This document shows positions 30,180-39,226 of a DNA stretch of 64,000 nucleotides, piece after piece; within the stretch, counting starts at the first letter, position 1, and each line of letters opens with the position of its first letter. The notes beneath the pieces are model-generated. The model ran no database searches. It was not told the origin of the DNA and saw only the letters and a list, made by a program, of their open reading frames with translations. The position numbers and the translations under genes are program-made. The DNA is from Patescibacteria group bacterium (GTDB lineage Bacteria; Patescibacteriota; Patescibacteriia; PEXW01): positions 4,506 through 68,505 of the forward strand of contig JBAZBR010000003.1 of the NCBI GenBank assembly GCA_041671325.1. Reading direction: 5' to 3'.

Positions 30180-31019
30180 ATGGAAAATTTTGAGATTGCC
30201 GGCGGGACAGTTGTTGGCAAACACCACCGACTTTTGGGCTTGAACAACCAAGATACCTATCGTTGGTTCAAGACCCCAGAGGCTTTAGTGGCTATAGTCT
30301 GCGATGGCTGCAGCGAGGGCAAGCAGAGTGAAGTCGGCGCAAACATTGGCGCTGAACTAATACTCTCGGCTTTTCAAAGGCAGCTTTCGCAAATTCCAGA
30401 ACTGCCCAAACCAACCGAAGTTTTTTTTGAACGGGTTCGCCAAGAAGTCTTGGCCGAAATCAGGGTCATGTGCCTGATGTTGGGCAACAGTCTAACCGAC
30501 ACAGTCGTCAATAATTTTTTATTTACGACTGTCGGCGCCATTGTCACGCCCAAGCGGACGCTTATCTTTTCCATCGGTGATGGAGTGGTGGGCTGGAACA
30601 ACTTGATTGAAAAATTGAGTCCCCGGCCTGGCAACCAACCAGCCTACTTGGGTTATGGGTTATTCCAACCTTTGCCCAAAGGCTTTGTGGAAGACGATAT
30701 CCGTTTTCAAATCCAGGTAGATTGCCCGACTGAAGAAGTCTCGTCAATCTTTTTGGCTAGCGATGGTCTGGTTGATTTAATGCATGCTTCATTAAAGCCA
30801 ATCCCAGGCAAAACGGAAATGGTTGGGCCTTTAAGCCAATTTTGGCAAGAGGATTCCTACTTTTCCAATACAGACAAGATCCGGCGGAAATTACATTTGG
30901 TGGCCAGAGAAGTCATTAAATTGAATTCCGCGGGTCAAATGGAAAAAGAAACTGGCTGGCTGGAAGACGACACAACTTTAATAGTCATTCGCCGCAAGCC
31001 AGCAAAAACGGAGGCCTGA
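30180..31019 (+). CDS. PP2C-family (PPM) protein phosphatase
   Basis: GGTVVGKHHRLLGLNNQD ... AIVCDGCSEG ... LASDGLVDLMH pattern. Confidence 0.65.
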   Translation: MENFEIAGGTVVGKHHRLLGLNNQDTYRWFKTPEALVAIVCDGCSEGKQSEVGANIGAELILSAFQRQLSQIPELPKPTEVFFERVRQEVLAEIRVMCLMLGNSLTDTVVNNFLFTTVGAIVTPKRTLIFSIGDGVVGWNNLIEKLSPRPGNQPAYLGYGLFQPLPKGFVEDDIRFQIQVDCPTEEVSSIFLASDGLVDLMHASLKPIPGKTEMVGPLSQFWQEDSYFSNTDKIRRKLHLVAREVIKLNSAGQMEKETGWLEDDTTLIVIRRKPAKTEA

Positions 31020-31020
31020 T

Positions 31021-32895
31021 ATGGACGTGTACATACAGGGAAAAAGAGTGCGCTTGGACCCGTCCATGTCAATTGGCAAGGGCGGGGAAGCTGACATTTT
31101 CGTCAGCAACAATAAAGCCATAAAAATTTTCAAGTCTGCAACTCATCCGGATTTCACTGGCATGCCAATAGAACAGAGATTGGCTGAAGAAAAGATTTTG
31201 GAACACCAAAAAAAGTTACCAGCTTTCCCGAAAAACCTGCCAGCCAGGGTGATTGCGCCTGAAGACCTGGTTTATGACCGGAACGGGAACAAAATCATTG
31301 GCTACAGCATGAAACTGTTGAGCCAAGCTGAAGTCCTGCTGCGCTATGCCGAGCGCCAATTCCGGCAAGCTGGAATTTCTAATGAAAACATCATCAAGAT
31401 ATTCCAAGACTTGCATCTGACCGTTTCCAAACTGCACAGTGACAGAATAATCATCGGGGATTTTAATGACTTGAATGTCATGGTCAAATCCACCGAAGCT
31501 TATCTGATTGACGCGGACAGTTTCCAGTTCGGCCAATTCTGGTGCAAATTGTTCACGGCCAGGTTTACCGATCCCCTGCTTTGCAACCCCCGAGCCACAA
31601 GTTTGGAATTAACCAATCCGCACAATGCCAATTCAGATTGGTACGCCTATGCGGTCATGCTCATGCAGTGCTTATTGTTTGTGGGGCCTTATGGCGGTAT
31701 TTACAAACCCGCCAAAGCCCAAAACCGTTTGCCGCATGACGCAAGGCCCTTAAAGCGTATAACCATTTTCCATCCGGAAGTGGTTTACCCAAAACCGGCC
31801 ATTCCTTATGGAGTCCTGCCTGATGACTTGCTCCAATTCTTCCACAAAGTTTTCGAGAAAGATCAGCGCGGAGAATTTCCCAATGCATTATTTACTAACA
31901 TGCGTTGGACAACCTGTACGGCTTGCGGCAAGGAACACGCTCGGGCCATTTGTCCGTTCTGTTCCCAAGTTGCACCAGCGGCCATCAAGGAAACCACCGT
32001 GGTCAGAGGCAAGGTTATTGCCACCCGAGTTTTTAAAACTCGCGGCTTGATAGTCTATGCGGCTTACCAGGAAAATAAGCTGCGTTGGTTGGTTCACGAA
32101 AACGGCGAATTCAAAAGAGAAGACGGAACTTTGGTTGCCAAAGAAAATTTGAGCCCGCTTATGCGTTTCCGCATTCAGGGTAACTCAACTTTGATTGGTG
32201 CCAATGGTAAAGTTTTCACTTTTATTCCCGGGAAATCTTCCACTCGCTTGGATGTCGACAGTTTTGGGACTTTGCCAATGTTCGAGGCTAATAGCGAAAA
32301 ACGCTTTTGGCTGAATAACGGCAATCTCATGGCTGACGGCAAACTAGGAGTCGATTATCCGCAAAGTTTGGGTGAGGTTTTGGCCAACCAGACTTTATTC
32401 TGGGCCGGTCCAAAATTCGGCTTTGGTTTTTACCGAGCCGGTAACCTGTGCGTCGCTTTCACCTTTGACAATAACCGTCGTGGTATTAATGACCGGGTTA
32501 AAATCCCAACCCTGCGCGGCCAATTGATTGACGCCACTTGCGTTTTTACGAATGACCGGTGCTGGTTCTTAGTCAGCCTGCAAGAAGCCGGGAAAATCAT
32601 TAACCAATGTTTCCTCATCCGGCCGAATGGCCAAGTGGAAGCTTGGGCTTCTGCTGTTCAAGGTGACGAAACTTGGTTAGGAATTATTCGTGGCAAGTGC
32701 GCGGCGAATAATTTATTGTTTGCCGCCACAGACGAAGGCATTGTTCGAGTGGAACAAAGCGGGAACAGCCTGGTGGAGACCCAGAAATTCCCTGACACTG
32801 AAAGTTTTGTTAACGCCGGAAATTATTTGTTCCCGGGCAAAGAAGGAATTTATGTTGTGGGAGCCCACGACATTAGTCTTTTACGAATTCAATAA
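31021..32895 (+). CDS. atypical protein-kinase-like domain protein with zinc ribbon and beta-rich C-terminal domain
   Basis: Gly-rich loop IGKGGEADIF, AIKIFK lysine, HSDRIIIGDFNDLN catalytic-loop-like, DADSFQFG; CTACG ... CPFC; start overlaps PP2C stop (TGATATG). Confidence 0.45.
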   Translation: MDVYIQGKRVRLDPSMSIGKGGEADIFVSNNKAIKIFKSATHPDFTGMPIEQRLAEEKILEHQKKLPAFPKNLPARVIAPEDLVYDRNGNKIIGYSMKLLSQAEVLLRYAERQFRQAGISNENIIKIFQDLHLTVSKLHSDRIIIGDFNDLNVMVKSTEAYLIDADSFQFGQFWCKLFTARFTDPLLCNPRATSLELTNPHNANSDWYAYAVMLMQCLLFVGPYGGIYKPAKAQNRLPHDARPLKRITIFHPEVVYPKPAIPYGVLPDDLLQFFHKVFEKDQRGEFPNALFTNMRWTTCTACGKEHARAICPFCSQVAPAAIKETTVVRGKVIATRVFKTRGLIVYAAYQENKLRWLVHENGEFKREDGTLVAKENLSPLMRFRIQGNSTLIGANGKVFTFIPGKSSTRLDVDSFGTLPMFEANSEKRFWLNNGNLMADGKLGVDYPQSLGEVLANQTLFWAGPKFGFGFYRAGNLCVAFTFDNNRRGINDRVKIPTLRGQLIDATCVFTNDRCWFLVSLQEAGKIINQCFLIRPNGQVEAWASAVQGDETWLGIIRGKCAANNLLFAATDEGIVRVEQSGNSLVETQKFPDTESFVNAGNYLFPGKEGIYVVGAHDISLLRIQ

Positions 32896-32933
32896 GAAAC
32901 CGATAAACCAGAAAAAGAAAGATGAGGTAAAAA

Positions 32934-34676
32934 GTGAAAATTCAGGAGTACGCACAGTTGCTGCAAACCCGACAATCTGGAAATGTCCAGGGTTTGTGCG
33001 GTCGGATTATCCGGGGCAAAAAGCCAATAGACTTCTTGACCCTGACTGATGATCCGCATCGGAAGTTGGTCATGCTGATGGGCCCGGATGGTTTGCAAAA
33101 ACTTTTGGGCAAGTCTGGCTATGACATGCTGATCGAAATCGGCTATGAAAAGAATTACATTGTTCGCAAGGTCAAAGACGAGAATTGCCAGTTTAAACTG
33201 GTGGTTTTCGGGGACAATGGGCCGGCCAAACTGGCCACCTGGGATAACACTCTTGAAATTGTTTCAGGAGTGTATCCGGAAATAGCCGCCAAGCTCAAAA
33301 AGCACGCCCGGGCTTTGGCTACTACGCCTTTTGATGAAATCGAAAGGCAAGCTGGTTTTGATTTTTCCGAAGTCGATAAAATCGGGGAAAGCGATCCCCG
33401 CTACCTGATTTTTGAACGGTATAAAAGCAAGGCTGGCAGTCTCATCGACGCCCGAGCTTTCCTGTATTTTACCGTTCATTTGCGCGAACTTTTCAGCGGT
33501 GACGGATATACCTACACCGCGGATGGTAAGCGCGGCATGATGGAATACATTGTGCCGAACCTGCCGATAACTGATCTGGGCGAATCTTTCGTCATAGATC
33601 TAAACATAGAAATTCCACAAATTTTGAAAGGAAACCAGATCATGAAGACCAATCTGCCTCTGCCCAAGCATTTCGACGCCAGCCTCATTGGCGAAGTCCG
33701 TCGGATTGAATACCAGAAACTGGCTGAAGCGGCTCGCGACTACGCCCGCAAGCACGGCTTGAAACCCGCGGCTACGGACAAGTTCAAGATCTGCGTCATA
33801 CCCATTGATTGCATGAACACTTTCTGCATCCCGGGTTTTGAACTTTTTGTCGGCGGCCGTTCAGGCAAGGGCGCGGTGGAAGATAATGAGCGGCTCTGCC
33901 GTTTCATTTATCAGAACCTGGGCTACATTTCCGCCATTGCCCCGACCCTGGACACGCATATAGCCATGCAAATTTTCCATGAAATGTTCTGGGTGAATGA
34001 CCAAGGTGAACATCCCGCACCCATGACTAACATCAGCCTGCGGGACGTGGAAACCGGTATCTGGAAAGTGAACCCGGAAATTGCCGGTAGCATTGCCAAG
34101 GGCAATTACGTTGGTTTGCAGAAACATGTGCTGCACTATTGCCGCAAGCTCAGCGACAACGGCAAATACCTGCTGACCATTTGGCCTTACCACGCCATGC
34201 TCGGCGGTATCGGCCATGCCCTGGTATCCAGTGTGGAAGAAGCGATCTTCTTCCATAACATCGCCCGCCGCAGCCAGACCAATTTTCAGATTAAAGGCGG
34301 CAACCCGCTGACTGAAAATTATTCCATCTTCAAGCCTGAAGTCCTGGATACGGATGGCGGCCAGTCCATTGCCCAGAAGAATTCCAAATTCTTGGCCAAC
34401 CTGCTGGAATTCGACGCGGTGATTATCGCCGGCCAAGCCAAGAGCCATTGCGTGGCTTGGACCATTGATGACCTCTTGACCGAAATCAAGGCCCAGGACG
34501 AATCCCTGGCGAAAAAAGTCTACCTATTGGCAGACTGCACTTCGCCGGTGGTGGTTCCCGGTATCGTGGATTTTACCGACCAAGCCGATGCCGCGTTCCA
34601 GCGCTTTGCCGCAGCGGGCATGCACATTGTCCGTTCCACTGAGCCGATAGACCAGTGGCCTGGCATCAATCTTTAA
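32934..34676 (+). CDS. large protein with novel N-terminal region and C-terminal isochorismatase/nicotinamidase-like cysteine hydrolase domain
   Basis: KICVIPIDCMNTF (Asp strand) and VIIAGQAKSHCVAWTI (catalytic Cys strand) match the isochorismatase family; N-terminal ~270 aa unassigned. Confidence 0.5.
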   Translation: MKIQEYAQLLQTRQSGNVQGLCGRIIRGKKPIDFLTLTDDPHRKLVMLMGPDGLQKLLGKSGYDMLIEIGYEKNYIVRKVKDENCQFKLVVFGDNGPAKLATWDNTLEIVSGVYPEIAAKLKKHARALATTPFDEIERQAGFDFSEVDKIGESDPRYLIFERYKSKAGSLIDARAFLYFTVHLRELFSGDGYTYTADGKRGMMEYIVPNLPITDLGESFVIDLNIEIPQILKGNQIMKTNLPLPKHFDASLIGEVRRIEYQKLAEAARDYARKHGLKPAATDKFKICVIPIDCMNTFCIPGFELFVGGRSGKGAVEDNERLCRFIYQNLGYISAIAPTLDTHIAMQIFHEMFWVNDQGEHPAPMTNISLRDVETGIWKVNPEIAGSIAKGNYVGLQKHVLHYCRKLSDNGKYLLTIWPYHAMLGGIGHALVSSVEEAIFFHNIARRSQTNFQIKGGNPLTENYSIFKPEVLDTDGGQSIAQKNSKFLANLLEFDAVIIAGQAKSHCVAWTIDDLLTEIKAQDESLAKKVYLLADCTSPVVVPGIVDFTDQADAAFQRFAAAGMHIVRSTEPIDQWPGINL

Positions 34677-34745
34677 AAAAGATTATGCCAGCAAGTTTCA
34701 AAACCCTGTAACCAAAAACGTAAATCAAGCATAAGGAGATATACA

Positions 34746-35531
34746 ATGTCACAAACAAGTGCAAAGCAGCTGATTAAAAACGCTGCGCAAGAAGGTCTGC
34801 TTACGGCCGGAGCCACTAAAGCTCTGAACGTGGTGGACATTGGTGCGGAAATTGAAGCCGCGCTGGGCGTGGACGTCGACAATGTCCAGTCCAGCGAAGT
34901 CATTCTGGTTTCCCAAATGCCGGACGACTCGGATTCCATTCGTTTTGCCGGGAATACCCAGAACGTTCGGGATGGTCACAATGAAGTGATCGAAGCTTTG
35001 CGGGAAACCAAACAGGCCGATAGTATTCTGGCTCACACCCGATACTTGAACGGCTTCATCCTTTTCCCATACCAGCCGATCGCCCAGGCCGTGCTCATGG
35101 ACCAGAACAATTATGATCCGAATATGGGCACGCCCCTGTATGACCAGACCGTTGTCCTCTTGGGAACCGTGTTGGCCAAAGCTCAGGCTTTTGCTGACAA
35201 CGGCGTACCAGTCAGGACCATCACTTTGATCATCAGCGACGGCGCTGACCAAGGTTCGCACCGTTCAACTCCCAAAGACTGCGCCAAGATTGTGGCTGAC
35301 ATGCTGAAAAGCGAAAACCACATTGTCGCGTCCATGGGCATTGATGATGGCTCAACCGATTTCCGGCGAGTGTTCGGGGAAATGGGCATTCCGGATGAAT
35401 GGATTATTACCCCCAAGAATGACAAACATTCCATCCGCCAAGCCTTCCGCATGTTTTCCCAGTCGGCGGTCCGGGCCAGCCAAAGTGCTGCCAATTTCAG
35501 CAAATTGCAAGTCGGCGGCTTTGGTTCCTAA
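34746..35531 (+). CDS. vWA-like domain protein
   Basis: MIDAS-like DDSDS, downstream GTPLYDQT and TLIISDGADQG. Confidence 0.45.
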   Translation: MSQTSAKQLIKNAAQEGLLTAGATKALNVVDIGAEIEAALGVDVDNVQSSEVILVSQMPDDSDSIRFAGNTQNVRDGHNEVIEALRETKQADSILAHTRYLNGFILFPYQPIAQAVLMDQNNYDPNMGTPLYDQTVVLLGTVLAKAQAFADNGVPVRTITLIISDGADQGSHRSTPKDCAKIVADMLKSENHIVASMGIDDGSTDFRRVFGEMGIPDEWIITPKNDKHSIRQAFRMFSQSAVRASQSAANFSKLQVGGFGS

Positions 35532-35752
35532 ACCAAAATTGCACCTTTAGCCAAGGGGAGGGATCTTAAAAAGATTCCTCCCCAAATTTTCTTTTGACCC
35601 TTGACAAAATCAAGATAATAGGTTAAGGTCACAGGCTATTTTTATAGAAATTTGTTCTGGAAAACCCCAAGTTTTCATTAGCAAATTTGTGTAAACAAAC
35701 AGTAAATAAACATTGAATCATTTCTAATTTTTAAAAGGAGAAAATTCAGGTA

Positions 35753-36433
35753 ATGAAGAAAAGCAGTCTGAAAATTGTTGGAGTTATGGCTTTTGCCATG
35801 GTCGTGATTTTATTCATGCAAAGCTACCCCAATTCAAAAACAAACGAAAAGGAGAATAAGACAATGAAATCGGCTTTGATTGTGGTTGACGTGCAAAACG
35901 ACTTTTGTCCGGGAGGCACCTTGGCTGTTCCAAAAGGTGACGAGGTGGTTCCGATAATCAACGACCTGATGGAGACAACGTTAAAAAGTCAGATCGACCT
36001 GGTGGTTTTTTCTCGGGATTATCATCCGGCGGATTGTGACCATTTTAAAAAATGGCCACCCCATTGCATTCAGAACACCAAAGGTGCGGGATTCCATGCC
36101 GGTCTGCGGTTCCCCAAAGGTTCGGTCGTAATTTCCAAAGGCATGGATATTCACGATGATGCCTATTCGGCCTTTGAAGGTTGCACCGACGCCGGTGTGA
36201 GCTTGGAGGAAGGATTGAAAGACTCCAAGATTGAACGGCTGTTTGTTGTGGGATTGGCAACCGACTATTGCGTCAGGTCAACGGTGCTTGATGCTCTGAG
36301 CAAGGGTTTTGAAGTGGTTGTTGTCATTGACGCCTGTCGCGCCGTTAATCTCAGTGCTGGCGACGGCCCAAACGCAATCATGGAAATGTTGGATGCCGGC
36401 GCCTCAATCGTACATATTTCGGCCCTGAATTAA
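35753..36433 (+). CDS. pncA: nicotinamidase/pyrazinamidase (alternative start 35864 gives a canonical N-terminus)
   Basis: ALIVVDVQNDFCPGG ... ATDYCVRST; longest ORF adds a hydrophobic N-terminal 37 aa; both ATGs have AAGGAG-type RBS. Confidence 0.85.
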   Translation: MKKSSLKIVGVMAFAMVVILFMQSYPNSKTNEKENKTMKSALIVVDVQNDFCPGGTLAVPKGDEVVPIINDLMETTLKSQIDLVVFSRDYHPADCDHFKKWPPHCIQNTKGAGFHAGLRFPKGSVVISKGMDIHDDAYSAFEGCTDAGVSLEEGLKDSKIERLFVVGLATDYCVRSTVLDALSKGFEVVVVIDACRAVNLSAGDGPNAIMEMLDAGASIVHISALN

Positions 36434-36517
36434 GAACAAAACGGAAGAGTGGTTGGTTGAAATATATCAGCCACTCTCCCCAATTTTTTTAGAGACTTGT
36501 AACGCTCAAACGTTTCA

Positions 36518-36560
36518 GATCTCTGGCCACAACTTTAGTTGCGACCATGCTCATTTTAAA
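36518..36560 (+). promoter_or_regulatory. conserved leader hairpin plus T-tract, copy 1
   Basis: TCTCTGGCCACAACTTTAGTTGCGACCATGCTCATTTT; near-identical element at 37591-37630. Confidence 0.4.
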
Positions 36561-36606
36561 CTTTTGAAAACTAAATACAGTAAACATACACAGAAGGAGA
36601 AACTGA

Positions 36607-37500
36607 ATGACCACCTATGTTCCTGATGGCAAAGTTTACCGGACCCAAGAAGGTACGGTAATTGAAGTCATTGGTGAAACTTATGCCAATGGCTTGCCGG
36701 GTGTTATTTGTTTGAACCCGGAAGCACCGGAAGGAGAGCGAATTTACCGGAAGGTATTTACTACCAAAAGAATCTATCTTCCCGAGGAGTATGGGCTGGC
36801 GGTAAAGGAGCACGTTGAACATCCGGATAATTTTATTATCTCGATGAACGGGTACTCCCGCATCAGCCCAGCCCAATGCCAGCAGTATGGCGTTTTCCCT
36901 GGGGAGTATGAACAGGCTTGTGCCGCCATTATTCGTGAAGCCATTTCCCATCTGCGCCTGAAATTTAAAGGCGCGCAGCTCCGCCTGATTTACGGAGCCT
37001 CGGATCTCGGAGTGGATATGGCTATCGAGAGTGTTGCCCGAGATTTCAATCTTTATCCGCTGGGCTTTTCCTGTCCAAGGTACATGATGTACGTCAAAGA
37101 TGATGACATGCCCGTGTACGTGGCGGTGAATTCCGATGCGTATGCCGACTTGTACATCAAGACTCTGGACTTGCTCATTGCTACAGGTGGACGCGAGCAA
37201 GCTCTGAAGCATGATATCTTGGCTGCCTGCCTTTACGGCAAGCGTATCCACTTTGTGGATGTGCTCGGCTGCCTTTCTCGAAATGGCGGCGTACCCGCAA
37301 CGGTATCTAATGCCGACGGCACCGTACGTGTTGAAAACGCACCTGCCGCATTCGGCCGGTACGTTTCCTTCTTTAGTCGGGATGACGGTGTGCTGCAGAC
37401 CCCGCCAGGTGGTGACAAGTGGGATGCACTTTTCCTGAACATTCAATCGGTTGCGACCGCTGTGTGTCGCAACAAAATGTCACCTGCCCGCATGTTTTAG
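36607..37500 (+). CDS. hypothetical; possible LOG/SLOG-like Rossmann protein
   Basis: LIYGASDLGVDMA and LLIATGGREQAL loosely resemble LOG-family glycine-rich motifs; weak. Confidence 0.3.
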   Translation: MTTYVPDGKVYRTQEGTVIEVIGETYANGLPGVICLNPEAPEGERIYRKVFTTKRIYLPEEYGLAVKEHVEHPDNFIISMNGYSRISPAQCQQYGVFPGEYEQACAAIIREAISHLRLKFKGAQLRLIYGASDLGVDMAIESVARDFNLYPLGFSCPRYMMYVKDDDMPVYVAVNSDAYADLYIKTLDLLIATGGREQALKHDILAACLYGKRIHFVDVLGCLSRNGGVPATVSNADGTVRVENAPAAFGRYVSFFSRDDGVLQTPPGGDKWDALFLNIQSVATAVCRNKMSPARMF

Positions 37501-37590
37501 TGAAATACCACTAGGAGTATGGATGAATAATCCCTACTCCTAGTAACCTTTTCTATCAAGAGATATGCAATGATGTTTGAATCATTATAT

Positions 37591-37630
37591 GTCTCTGGCC
37601 ACAACATTAAGTTGCGGCCATGTTCTTTCA
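37591..37630 (+). promoter_or_regulatory. conserved leader hairpin plus T-tract, copy 2
   Basis: GTCTCTGGCCACAACATTAAGTTGCGGCCATGTTCTTTC. Confidence 0.4.
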
Positions 37631-37671
37631 AAAACAATTAATGTGAAAATAGAAGAAAGTGAGGCAAAAAA

Positions 37672-39054
37672 ATGCCACGAATAGCGATTTACGGTTTGAG
37701 TGCCAACCCACCGGGTTTGCACCATCGGCGCATTGTCATGAACCTAACGCAACAGTTTGATCGCGTCATTGTGGTCCCATGCGGACCACGGCCGGATAAA
37801 CTGACCACGAATGATATTGCTCCCATCCACCGGGCAGTTATGACCGACCTAACTTTCGGGGATATTCCTAAGGTTACGGTTGATTTGACTGACCTGGAAC
37901 AAGACATATTTACCCGCACCTGGACTTTGCTTGATCGGTACTCTGAGGCTGGTGAATGTTGGTTAGTGGTCGGCAGTGATCTGATCATTGGCGGCGCTAA
38001 TGGTCAGTCAATAATCCAGTTGGAATGGGAACATGGATTGGAAATTTGGCAGAAATCAATAATGGTTGTGCCACGCCATAACTTCCCTTACCAGCCTGAA
38101 GATTTGCCGCCCCAGGTCATGCTTTTACCAGACATCCATGACGGTTCAAGTACGGAAATTCGCGAGAAGGTTTTCAGTCATCAAGCCTTTTATGATTTGG
38201 TCATGCCCGCAGTGGCTGAGTATATCGAACGGCATGGATTGTATCGGGGTATGCAGCCTAATTTTCTTTCACCCGAGACATCAATTGCCAAGCCGCGAGT
38301 ACTATGCGTGATCGATTCGTTGAATCCACGGGCGGGCGAAATTGCCGAGTGGCTTACACCAGTGTGTGTGGAAGATCTGCCCAACTGCATTGTGGCAGTC
38401 GGCGGTGACGGTTTTATGCTGCAGGTCATCCGTGAACACTGGCGAAAACGTTTGCCCATCATTGGGTTGAACGCTGGCCATCGTGGTTTTCTGCTCAATG
38501 AATTTCCAGCCGGTACTAATGTCCATAGTTTCTTCCGGAAGTTAACTATTCTACAGTCGCCCTTACTATATGTAACCGCGGTCCTCTCGAATGGTTCAAC
38601 GATTTCGCAGCTGGCATTTAATGATGCCTGGTTGCGTTCAATCAACGGTGGTCAAGCTGCTTGGCTGGAAGTAACGGTCGATGACGAGGTGAGATTACCG
38701 AAGTTAGTGGGTGACGGTGCCTTGATCGCGACTGCTGGCGGCTCCACGAGTTATGCTCGGGCATTAGGCGTAAAACCTATGCCTGTCGGAACGCAGCAGA
38801 TAATCTTGGCTGGGATGAACGTCTTTGAACCGTTTGGCTGGGGACCGGTCCATTTGGGACTTAGCCAGCGCGTCCAACTTCGTTCATTGGATTCAGAAAA
38901 ACGGGGCGTGGAAGGATTTGTTGACGGCATACCTCTAGGTCGTGTTATTAGCCTGGATGTGCGCGTCAGCCGTATTGCCGCAGCTGAACTGGCATTTTTG
39001 CCAGGCAATGATCCGCAGCGGAAAATCCTCGCTCTTCAGTTTCCCGAACATTAA
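37672..39054 (+). CDS. fusion of nicotinate-mononucleotide adenylyltransferase (NadD-like) and NAD kinase
   Basis: N-half: IAIYGLSANPPGLHH, LVVGSDLI, C-terminal SSTEIREKV (NadD SxTxIR); C-half: VAVGGDGFML (GGDG), NAGHRGFL, DGALIATAGGSTSYARALGV (NAD kinase). Confidence 0.75.
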   Translation: MPRIAIYGLSANPPGLHHRRIVMNLTQQFDRVIVVPCGPRPDKLTTNDIAPIHRAVMTDLTFGDIPKVTVDLTDLEQDIFTRTWTLLDRYSEAGECWLVVGSDLIIGGANGQSIIQLEWEHGLEIWQKSIMVVPRHNFPYQPEDLPPQVMLLPDIHDGSSTEIREKVFSHQAFYDLVMPAVAEYIERHGLYRGMQPNFLSPETSIAKPRVLCVIDSLNPRAGEIAEWLTPVCVEDLPNCIVAVGGDGFMLQVIREHWRKRLPIIGLNAGHRGFLLNEFPAGTNVHSFFRKLTILQSPLLYVTAVLSNGSTISQLAFNDAWLRSINGGQAAWLEVTVDDEVRLPKLVGDGALIATAGGSTSYARALGVKPMPVGTQQIILAGMNVFEPFGWGPVHLGLSQRVQLRSLDSEKRGVEGFVDGIPLGRVISLDVRVSRIAAAELAFLPGNDPQRKILALQFPEH

Positions 39055-39066
39055 TTTTTTAAAGGG

Positions 39067-39098
39067 GTGGAGCGTGCTGTTTACAGCTCGCTCCACCA
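39067..39098 (+). terminator. hairpin after nadD-nadK fusion
   Basis: GGTGGAGCG-TGCTGTTTACAGCT-CGCTCCACC, perfect 9-bp stem. Confidence 0.45.
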
Positions 39099-39226
39099 CC
39101 TAAATTATTTTAAAGCCTTGTCCCGAAATATTTCGGCACAGTGCTTTCACCCGAAAAATATTTTCGAGTGATGCTCATTTACAAAATGCAAGTAATAAAA
39201 CGTTTAGAATAAACAGGAGATTTTTT

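Noticed and set aside
39067-39098. GTGCTGTTTAC inside the hairpin, superficially like the SRP 4.5S RNA 5' region
   Set aside because: It lacks the conserved SRP domain IV motif (GGAAGCAGCCAAGG), so I interpret it as a terminator hairpin.
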